From the NCBI GenBank assembly GCA_024679065.1, contig JAGIQG010000016.1, positions 13,330,001 through 13,394,000 on the forward strand: DNA of 64,000 nucleotides, read 5' to 3'. The position numbers and the translations under genes are program-made. The notes under the pieces are model-generated. The model did not search any database. It saw nothing but the letters and a program-made list of their open reading frames with translations, and was not told the DNA's origin. Source of the DNA: Sphyrna mokarran (Eukaryota). Shown here one piece after another: positions 28,401-40,400 of this stretch. How positions within the stretch are numbered: the first letter of the stretch is position 1; each line of letters begins with the position of its first letter.

Positions 28401-31400
28401 CTCATCCAAATCATTAATATATATTTTGAATTGCTGAGGTCCCAGCACCGATCCCTATGGCACTCCACCAGTTACTGCCTGCCAGTTTGAAGAAAACACT
28501 CGTCAATTCCTACTCCGTGTTTCCTTTTTTGCTAAAGAGCATTTTTTCCCCTATCTCAATACACTACCCCAATCCAATGCACTTTAATCTTGCATGATAA
28601 CTTCTTATGAGGAAGTTGATCAAACAATTCTGAAAGTCCAAATATATTATATCGACCTGCTCTCCCTTATCAACTCCACTAATTAGATTTTCAAATACTT
28701 CTGAAACATTGGCAAACATGATTTCTATTTCATAAATCGGAGAAGAGTGTGCTGGAAAAGTTCCGATGTTGACTAAAAAGTTCATATGGTATTTTGAAAT
28801 ACGCTGAAGGGAGTGATGAATCTATAAATACGTTAAATGAACTGGTAAACAAAAAAAACAAACTTTGTATTGGGTGGGGCGAGACGTAGAGGACGGCGGT
28901 GATGGAATGTGTGAATGAGGCCCAATCCCAGCTTTTCTGTTGTAGGAAACATAAATAAACAATATTGTAACGGAGTGTTGGAAATTTGAGAACGTGATTG
29001 ATGGAGTGTATTAGGTGAAGTTGCTTCTGTTGGTTGAGCTGCTATAAACATAGGACAACATAAAGCAACAGATTTTTTTCGATTTACTGATGTTATTGAT
29101 ATTTACTTTTTGAAACCAAGTGATTCGTTCTTTTTTTTTCAGGAGAGGAGTTAAAAATTAAAGAGCATGGTAACAATTTTAGAAGTGTTTATCATAATTA
29201 TTTTGGAGCTTTCTCAAACCCACCCCATCTCTGCTCCACCAACTCATGGATACATACACTCACTCACAGATTGCATAGCTAATAACAACTGACACGAGAC
29301 TTAACTTCGGACTATAATAACTGACAACATTGGTTATATATAATTTCATGAACATGTTGTTTTCAGTTCTGATTTTTAATTCTTCTCCAAATAGAACGAA
29401 GAACCTAGCTGACAATTTAATTGTTTGTGTAAAAGGAATTACTGGAATTATGCGAGACATTAATGTGAATAAATGATTTACCAATCATTTAAGTTGGGTA
29501 GATCCAATAAGAGGTCTGACAACATCAATTTTAAATCCAACCAATTTATTTGATAGTAAACTTGCTAGCTTTCGGCCTTTGTGCTTTCGTCGGGTGAATG
29601 GCGAGGCACAATGGCCAAAATCTAGCAAGTTTACTATCAAATAAATCGGTTGGATTTAAAATTGGTGTTGTCAGGCCTCTTACTGAGTTTACCCCAGTCC
29701 AACGCCGGCATGCCTCCAATAAAACATGGCTAAGAAGAACACCAAGTTTCTCAGGTATTCGGAATGCAACATGATTTGTCGCAAATTGCAAAATAAAACT
29801 GCTACTGTGGTGTACACAAACTCATCCCTGGATGTGACTAGAACACAGCAGGCCCAGTATTGATGTATCCTTAAAACTCACTCAGATGTTTAATTTCAGT
29901 TGGGCAGATAATGTTCGTTTCAAGAGATAGTCAGAGGCAAAGAGTCCCGCAGAGAGAACAACCAATGATTTCCGTGTACCTCACCCGGTCGTCACACAAT
30001 TATTGTGTCAATGATCCTGTCATGATCACACCTGGAAGTAATGGACGTCGAAGTTCCTACAATATATTCCTAGCTGCAAGTTCAGTCACTGTCAGTGCGA
30101 AGTGTACGCGGTCTCCCCGTGTCTGCGTGCATTTTCTCCGTGTGCAGCTGTTTCCTTCCACAGTCAAAAAGACACGCACGTTAGGTGGATTGATCGTGCT
30201 AAATGTTCTCTGAATGTCCTTGAACAGGCATGTGTGGTGACGGTTTTTTTGTTTTAACCGCATTGCACAATTTCATTTAAACCCCTTCCTGAAACTAATA
30301 AATAAGCTTTCTTATACTTACTTCAAATGTTGCACTTTAAATATTCCATTCATAGTGCCATTTTAATTGAGGTTGTTTGGTTCAAATATTCAGCATATAT
30401 GAAAATCGACTACTGCTTAATAACAGCTGCAGTAGGTTACATTCATAAAGCTAGGTAATAAATGAATAACTGTCGGTATTGTTTTCTATATTACAGAGCT
30501 CATTGCATTCAAGACGTCCATGAAAGTTTTAGGTACGTGGAAAAAATCGCTCTGTCTTTTAAAAGGATAAATTGGGTGGCATGTTTCCACTGTGAACTGA
30601 CATGTTTGACCAACCATTTCGAAGTGATGCAACTGATTGCGCAGGAACTTCAGGATTCACCTGATAGTTCTGAACAAAATTAAAAAAGACATGGCAGAGT
30701 GGATAGTCAGAGGCTTTTTTTTTCAGAGTAGAAATGCCTATTAAAAGGGGACACAGATTCGACCAGACGGGGGTAAGGTTTAAGGGTGATACACAGGGCA
30801 GTTTTTTTTTCGAAAATAGTGGTAGGTACCTGGAACGTGCGGCCAGAGGGACTGATGGAAGCATGCATGCAAGGAATATTTAAGAGGCATCTGGATGGGC
30901 ACACATATAGGAAAGGAATAGAATGATACGGACAGAGTACGGGCAGAAGCATAATCGGCACAGACTTGGAGGACGGAAGGGCCTGACCGTGTGCTGCACT
31001 TTTCCTTGTCTTTTTGTTTTCCTTCTTCAAATAACGAGGTTTAAAGTTCGCATCGTTCTGATTACCTTGAGCTGCGTATTTTTGTTTTAAGGAATAATGC
31101 TTTATTACAAATGGCAGAAATTACAAGTGCATTATCAGTAACTGGCCTCACGTGTAGGAGACATTTCTGAGAATTGAAATAGGCGTGCATAACCGTACAT
31201 CAAATATTTTTATTTCAGGCAAACTTACCGGGTTTTTTTATGCAAGTGGATCACATGGTCTTTTACAGAGGAAATGTGGGAAGCAAAGGATGAACGTGAG
31301 TGTATTTTACATTTTGTGATATACAACTTAAACATTCAGAGACCCATACAAAAACAAACCCGAAACAAAGTTTTGGAAAATCCTACAGATTCAGTTTACT

Positions 31401-34400
31401 GGAATTTCCGCCTTTGCCGCAGGATTGATAAACAAGAAATTTTAACAGATAATGCGGACAGAAAGGTAGTGACACTGGAATTGCCAATGACGGACTGTCT
31501 CATAAATGAAAAGTCTATATAATTTATCGCTAATGTCATTTACACCAAGATAATCATAATCAATCTCTCATTTGAAAAAAAAATGTATCATTAATTATTT
31601 GCTATGTTGTCCACTGGTTCGTTCTGGTAACAACATTATCTTTGGAATTTCTGGTTACATTCATATCAGGGAACTTTCTTGCATTTTTTGACATGGTAGG
31701 TAATCTGTGACAACACGTTGCCATACTAAAAATACCAATAAGCCCTACATCATACTTTTTTTTATGGGATCAGGTGTAATGGATTACAAATGATCACATA
31801 ATCGATTGCCGACAGCCACTTACACTCTCAATGGTTTGCATTTAATAATCAAATGTTTTCTTCTAAACATATAAACATAACTTCTACTCTTGAAAGATTT
31901 CTACATTTCCTTCTCAACTTTGGAAGAAACTTCACGGGAATTTATATTTCCTTATGTGCACGACAGATCGTATACTCTTTCTCCACACTAATTCTATGGC
32001 TAACTCTTCAGAATTTCAATCGAAATTGCTATTTACGAACTCCCTTTTGACGAAGACTCACTTTTCCCTCAATTAGCCCCATAGTGATATTTAGCAGCAG
32101 ATGAATGTCCCATTTGAATCGCATTAATGCCAATGTAATCAACATTGTGGCGTGTTGTTCCAGATCTCGTGAATGATCGCAAACAATTCATTGTGATTAA
32201 ATCAATTGGGAAGGATTGTGGTTGCACAGTCATGTTTTGCGTAATGTCATTCCAGAACATGATGGCTTCCAAATTGAAATTACTGGCAGTTTTCAATAAT
32301 CCTGTAGACTGCACAAGCTTTAATGTGAATAAATCCTTGGCTATTCCTGTTCAAAAGAAGTAAGCCATTGGCATGACCTCGATTTCCTTATTTACCAAAC
32401 TGCAGAACTCAAAACGTGCGACGAGTTAGAAAGAAAATTAGGTAAGGGAAATGCTTCATGCACACTTAAATTTGGTTACCCTTTAAAAGTGCATGGGTAA
32501 GTGTAGATACTGTGATTTCATCCTTAAAGTGTATTATTTTTGTTCCTTTGCTGGATCCCATTTTCCTAATCCTGTACTGTAAGACTTTTTTTGTTTATTT
32601 CACACGTTGATGAAAGACATTCCTTTTCATTTTGTGACCTCGCATCTCAGAGAGAATGGTCAAAGTCAGGATTTGAAAACATCAGGTATATATGCCGATA
32701 GAATGTCAACTGAATTAGGCCGTTTTGAAAAAAAAAACAAACCAAAAAAAAAAGTGACACGGAACTGCTGCAGGAAATAGTAATTTAAAACCCTAACTAT
32801 TTCAGCGGACAAAATCGAGATGTGTATTTAAAAAGTGAGCAGTTGTTCAATTCATGTTCTGCGCTTCAAGAACATGCTGTATGTTCTAAATTTCGGGAGG
32901 CCATAATTAAAATCAGTTTTTAATTATAGGCAGCCAATGTTGCCAATATACCAAGACGGTTCTGTGTGTTTTGACTGATACAAACGCGAAGATAGTGATA
33001 TTGGGAAAAAAGGATAGCCATCGTTTGAATGCCAAGTTGTTTTTTTTTTGCGTATCAAGAATGCCCCAGGCCGTTATTGATAGAAACAGAAGATTGGTGC
33101 GGCATTAATTCTTTTGCGCAAGACATGCAACCATCTTTCTTGTGTACAAAGAAAACTTGTGAAACACAGTAGGTGCTACAATCTCATCTCAACAGTTTAA
33201 CCGTAGGTAGAAGTCCCAATGGTATCGAAAATGTCTGGCGAAAGAGATTACGGAATAATGGTCAGGTTTGAAATCTACACTGAAATCCAAAGTTGCAAAC
33301 ATCAATAGTAACCCTACTTTACCGAATTTGGGAAAGAAAATTCATCAGCATTTTATCTACTGTAGAGGAACCAACGTCGTAGAGTGGGACTTTAGTTCAG
33401 ATTGCTCTGAAAGTAAAATGATGGATAATATTTCCCACGGCAGGTGTATGGAACCAGGGGGCGAGACTTGCCCTGTTATGATCGTGGAATTAGGCGACCA
33501 GATATCAGAAAAGTTTGACCAAAATATCAGCGTATTGAAACAACATGCCAGGGTTTCTCAGAATGCATCTTCGCTCTGAGGGCAAGCAAACGTCCATTAG
33601 ATCTAATTAAAACGATTTTTTTTTCCAATCTAAAATGAGCAACTATTCTCTACTATTATCTGTCGACCACTGTGACGTCCATTCTGATCAAGATTTTTTT
33701 TTAGTATTTGTAATGGCTTATCTGGTAATACCGTGCTTCTGCTTCTGCCTTTACAAACAGTCTTGTAATCTATGCACAGGATAGTAATCTGACTTTGTAA
33801 CTGTATTGACCTTGCTTTAGCTCACGGTTAATTGTTGTGAATCGTTTGGTTTCGATATAATTGCAATATGTGAGCTTCAAATGTTCGAAATCACGTAAAT
33901 GGTATCCGTCTTACTCACGTTTTCAATACGCTTTTGAGCATGTGCCAAGTTCAGCAGATTGTGGACTCATATCTGCTGCTTAACTGGAAATGCACTTCCT
34001 ACATCTCCACTTCGCACAAGACTACTACGATAGTAATAACGTTCATAATATTGCGAATCAATTTCCAGCAGGTAACTCATCATAGTTCTTGTGATGACTT
34101 CTTCCTACTATAACTAAAGTTGGGAAATTTCAAACTGAGTATCATCTGGACCCATCTCGTCAATATGAAATATGGTCGCTAGGAGATAGTCCTTCTCCAT
34201 TCTTTCCCTATCAAAATGCCACTTGACATATCACCATGAAACTTCTAATTGAGCCCATTCAACCTGCGGTTCTTATCAAGTATTCCAGCTCACTTAATCC
34301 CCTATCTTTCATTATTATTAGTAGTAGTAGCATGTTTGTTGTTGTTTTTGTTTTTATCATGTGCTGCCTAATTATCGCATCAGCCCAGACATACTCCCCT

Positions 34401-37400
34401 ACATTTTTGGCACAAAGTCTAAAAATATAGCCTAAGAAGCCGGGCTCACCATTTCTCCTTGATCATTTCAATTGGTCTTTTAACCTCATGGCTAAAGATC
34501 AATTCAATTTGAATGAATGCTGTTGATTTAATTGGTGCATGCATAATTATATTTTTAAAAAATCGCAATCTTCTGGATAATCGTAACTAATTCACCTAAT
34601 ACAATATTTAAAATATAACGATATTTTTTTGTTTGACATCTGCTGTGATTCCGGATGAGGTGCAGTCACCACAAATTACATTACCTGTAAGTTATCCCTA
34701 ATTTCACTATTTGCCTTCCGTATAATAGTAGAGTTCCGATCTGAGTGTATTCCAAAATGTTCTCAGCATTGGGTGAAAGAAATGTAAAATAAAAATTGTT
34801 CTACCGTCATTTTAGTTACATTATTACTAGACAATGTGATTTTTAGAAAACACAGTGACGCATCTATTACTGTGAACATATACGTATTCGTTTTTTTTTT
34901 GTGTGTGTCAGCCAGGTGCCTGAGCCGATCAATTGGACCCATAAGAAAAAAGTTCCACCGATTTCTGAGTGTGTTTTAAGTGTTCTGCTTTCACTAACAC
35001 TTGCATTTTTCATTTTATTTAGCAAAGGTGACATAAGGCAAAATTATATAACTTCCTTTTGAAGTACAGTTTACTGAAAAATATTTCAGCATTTTCATGT
35101 GTTTTCTTTAATTACCCTCTCATGAAACTTGTGTACTTCCCTCAACATCTCATTTCTGTAATCACCTTGAAGCACAATTGTAAACTGCTCCGAATTTCTC
35201 ATCCGACTTAATTTGTGAAGGTTTCAATTTCCCCATTAAGACTTATTTCTTTCAATACACTCTGGTGCACTTCGAAATATTCGTTCCTTGTCGGCTTTCT
35301 GTTAGAATAACCTTATCTCTACCGCTTTTATTTGTGTAATTCTGCCAATATTGCTGAACTAAATGCATAAATTTGATTTATTGATCGCATTAACACTGCG
35401 ATGAAGTTATTGTGAAAAAAAAAACCTCATCGTCTCGCTCCGCCGCCTTTTCGGGTGCACTGAGGGACAAATTAGCATGATCATGTCTTTAGACTGTGGA
35501 AGGGACCGGATGACCTGGGTGGAAAGCACGCAGACATCCAAACTCCGGAAAGACAGTGACTTACTCCGGGAATCAACACCGGGTCTCAAGCTCTGTGAGG
35601 TAGCAATGCTAACCATTCTCCCACCATGCTGCCCCAATGTGTTATGTTAACTGGACCTTACAGTAATTATCTCTACTTCTTTCTCCGTATCCTCATCACC
35701 GTTGACCTCGTTACCAGACACGGACTGCAATCCGGATACGCTCCCTGCACCATTTCAGTTGCTTGGATTACTCTGGTTGTTCGATCCGAACAAACATTAC
35801 ATGTAGCCGCAAACAAGCTATATCATTAGTTGCTCTATTATCTCACAGAATCATAAAAACCCTGCAGTGTAGAAAAAAAGGCATTTGGCCCATCGAGTCT
35901 GCACCGACCACAATCCTACCCGGTAAAATTTAATTTCTGTACCTTTCTTTCCACCGCTTCACCACATTTCACCGGATTCTGCAACCTTACCTTAAATAAC
36001 GAATCACTTTTTATTTCAGCATTAAGTCCATTTATTCCCACCTTTTCTACAAAAGTCCATTCCAAACAACATGCCTCCTCATTCCGCCAACATTAAATTT
36101 GGATTGTTCCTGTATTCCACACGATCATAACTGTGTTACGTGCTCCTTCTTGTACGCATGAACAAACATTGCCAGAACAACGAAAATCTTGAAATGTGTC
36201 AGACACTTGCTACACAACCAGACTTTCCAATAGGCTGTGCGATATTTTCACCGCTTCAGCGCCAGCCATTATTTCCTTTGCCGATTTGACAAATTGCACT
36301 GGCTCATCCGGCTGTATTGTATTCGCCGATCCATTATCGTTCTTAAATCAACAACTCTGCGATTTTGCATTGTCAATTTAATTAAAACGAAAACACGTAA
36401 CCTTTCTTCTTACTTATTGACTTTCATGTGTTTCTTAGTTAGCTTTCGGCAACTGTCCTTACTCTCAACAACGAGGCACTATTTCTTTGGCCATGTGAAG
36501 ATCGTTATTTCTTTCGTTTAAAATTCATACCGAAGAAACAATTCCGATTATTAAGCAATTCAAAACAAGTTGCTATTTTTGCAAAGAATCTCGTAACTTT
36601 AACCCAAAGGTCTTCCAAATGCGTCTTTATGACTTCGGAATTGATTTTTGAAATTCTTACAAAATAGCTGCTCTCATATGAATGACACATGTTTGGCCTA
36701 ATTTGAATGATTTGACCCACCTTTCAAACGTAATTTAGTCGAATCATTTCATTTTTTTTAGAGAGTCTGGCATTTGTCTCTCTTGAGATTTCTAAACGTC
36801 GTCTGTGGGCTTCTTGGCACGGATTCACATATCCTAAAGACTACCTTTCTTATCTTCACATAATTGTAGATAACCCCGCTGGAAATCAGATTTTTTTTTT
36901 GCGTTAAGTTATCCAGCAACTTGATTTAAATAAACACTTCGCACTTGGCCAATGCCGGTTTTCATAGTGCCGGTACTTTCTCAACTGGAATAAAAATTAT
37001 TTCAGAATTGGTCTTTTCAAAATGTGGCAACACTCGAACAATCTCCACTTTAGGAATTTGACTATTTTTTTAATTACTCTCTTTCTACTCCGGCTCTCTC
37101 TCCCTCTCTCCGTCTCCTCCCTGTCTCCTGTCTTTCTCTCTCTCTCATCCTCTCTCGCCATCTCTCCTAATGCAATTATGCCTTAGCTTTTCTTCTGTCA
37201 TGGGCACCCTTTCTCATTCATCTGTCCCTCTCGTCTGTGTTGGGAGAGTTGGAGAGAGGCGGAGATGAACAAATGTAGACGTCATGCCCCAACGCATCAA
37301 CAATCATAGACGCCCATGGTATGCAATACCCCCAGCCACATGTCCCCGATAATCAGAGCCCCCACATACCTCCCAAACCCTTCAGCCACATGCTCTTCAG

Positions 37401-40400
37401 AATCACAGTTCCTGGTGAAGTTCAGAGGCTTCAACATTGCTATCTGTATGGGTTTTGTGTACATCCTTCGTCTGAAGTGGGATGAGTATGTTCGGGCCCA
37501 GCAGCACTGCAAGATCCCAGGTCACTCCTCATAACCCGTCCGTGCTGCAAGACAAACGCGGAGACCTGCAGAGTATAGCACCCCCACTTACACACACACA
37601 CACACATACACACACACATACACACACTCGCACAGGAAAACAGTGAATAGCAGAGAGCCGTCGGACGCCGTGCACTTACCTCCTCGCGAACCCTCACTGA
37701 TGGAATCCCCGAATCAGACTTTTATTGAACATTTCCATTTCGTCCCGATTCCGGATTGGCGAACGCGCTGCTAAAAGGGAAAATGATCATAAAGTTGAGC
37801 GGGCAGTTCATTAATTCAACTGAAATGCTTTTGCATGTATTTAAATCGCCGTTGCGCCTATGTCGTGAGCGAATAGGATCTCGGCCATTGCCGGGTCCGG
37901 GAAAGTCTCCATATGCGCAGACGGGACGCAGGTCGCATTAATGGATTACGGCCAAAATACCAGATTTACGCGCCCGAAAACGGGCGCGACGAAATGATAA
38001 ACTCGGTCCCATCGTGTGTAATAAATGACTGAAAACATACATTAGCCAAAGTCACTGGTTTCAACTTCAGTAATCCAAAATCGAATAACGAATCATACTT
38101 TTAAATACCGTTAGCGGCGCAATTGTTTTTAAAGAACAAAGAACAAACAACTAGAAGTTTTTTTACGAAGACACAACAATACAGCTAGAATTTTTCAATT
38201 TTAAATAATTGCGCAGGTAAGATATTTTGCGCAAAGAATAAGCCCACCAGTAGTTAGTGGACTAACAATCAATATTTAACAAACAAGTGTAAATGCAACT
38301 CTTAAAAAACAGCGTGTCTCCAAACCACTGAACGACACTTAAAACAGGAAAAGTAACGACAATTTAGCTTCTCACATATTAGACATATTCAGTTCCAAAC
38401 ATTCAACTTGTATCTTAGAGAATTGAAATGCATATCAGAATCCATAAAATAACTCAATATGGTAAGTGAAAGCAATCTGAATCATTCAAAACGAGACAAC
38501 CATCAGATTGCACAAAAACAGTTTTTTTTTCCAAACCAGTTTCAGGCACAACTGTAAAACTCATTTTCTGCTGCTGATTTAGCTCCTCTCATAAACCACC
38601 TCATCATTTTGCCTTGTGCGCTTAAGTCCAGTGCTTACCCAATTCCTCCTCGCATTTAATTATTCGAAACACTGTTTTAAATATCCATCTCAGCAAAAAT
38701 GAACTAACTCTACACCAATTCCGCGCTACAGCATCAGAATGAAAACAAAAATCCTACTCTCCCAGCATTTCAGGTTATTTTATCCAAGCGAACCAGCTGT
38801 TTCTGCAATGGAGCTAAAAGATAATAAGTGCATATACTTATAGTCAATCTGTCATCAAATTCTCCATCTCTACATCAGACAAATACTGTGGGTTTTGGTT
38901 GGCCTAGCATTGCCCTTTGCTGCAATGATCTTGTCATGATTTTTAGAAAGGGGGGAAAACACGCACTGACAAGTGCAGGTCTTTGTTACTTGCAGTAAAA
39001 AAAAACCTTTTTTTGACAATTTGAGTTATTCGTATTCAAAATTAAAATTCTGAAGAAGAGGTTTCAGGATAAATGCTTCAGATTTGGAAAACAAAATATG
39101 TTTATTAAACCGGATATTGCAATGTGTTTGACTCGTTCGCCTTCATTGCTACGTCAGAAAAATGGCAGAGTAGTTCCATGTTAACTTTGCCTCCCGACGA
39201 AAATACGTTTATTTACATTTTGGCAAATCAGATCTCTTGAGCCCTCCTTCGATATTGTCTGACATGAGAAATGCACATTTTTGGTGAAAACATGAAAATA
39301 AATTCCCCCTTTGCATGCATTTTCAAATTGATACATTATCGATCGATATGTGATGGAAGCAAACTTTATTCTTCCTCTTGTATTTCCTTACCACAAGACA
39401 TTAAAATAAATAATTAATTATTACTTCTCCTCAAGCAACTTACAAACATCCTTTGTCCTCTCAATCCATGTACATTGAACAACCATTTCTGTTTCTTCCT
39501 AATTTGCAACGAGCATTCACATAGTCCGTAAGTGTGCATCTATTTTTGTTTATGTTAAAACAAATTCCCCGTTAATATTAGTAAATTATATTGGAATATT
39601 AATGCAGCTGGTGTACCGATCTTGCTCACCATAATTCTATCCTTACATGTTTACATTGCAATCTGGTCCCTTTATTCCTCCTATTCATTAATTGTTCGTA
39701 TGCATTTCTTATCATTCGATTCCCTTCCTCGTATTATCGAACCGCCTCACATTATGCATCTCATTCCTTCCGTTTTCTTATTTTATAATACAGCTTCTCA
39801 TCCGCCTTCCGAGTTACTGCATATCAAGCGCATCACATTCAAATTCAACATACCATATTATATTAGGTTGCTATACACCCTCTGCCACGAGAGTGCCACC
39901 AGTTACGTGCTGCCAGGATGTGAATCTCTCCTGCGTGCATCATGTCTTTCTGCGTATCTAATAGTTATGAATGTAATAGTTATGAATATGATTGTTGTTT
40001 TCCTTCTTATTTTAGTGGTATTGTTCTGGTAGAAATGCTACTTTTATTCTCCGTGTGAACGACATCACCATGATTTCGTCAATTGTTATCATCCAGTGCC
40101 ACTTAGAAGTTTCATTCTGAGCTTCTCGTAATATGTCGTCGAAACTCAATATATGTTCAGTCTGCCCAAAGAGGGAACGAATATTTTTGGATCACGGACT
40201 TAATGCTGGATGCCAATAGTTGCCAATAGTTTTTCTTTCTGTGCTGTTGGCAGGAAGACAGGATATACAATAATTTACAGTAACGGTTAAAAAAAAATCT
40301 GTCCCTTCGAATATGGATCTTTCAGAACTGCTGTATTGCTAATTTTAGAAGTTACATCCCGTGATGCACTTCGTGCTTTCTTAAGACAAAACTAATGATT

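Noticed and set aside
34851-34890. CACAGTG heptamer (also ~44370, ~57583) as possible V(D)J signal
   Set aside because: No nonamer at 12/23 spacing and no V/J coding segments
37297-37534. Overlapping GC-balanced ORFs
   Set aside because: Within the putative DNA transposon block; no splice or domain support for a host exon
38419-38461. Strong donor ATG|gtaagt with ELKC-like upstream sequence
   Set aside because: Available acceptors give 23, 41 or 43 nt and in-frame stops
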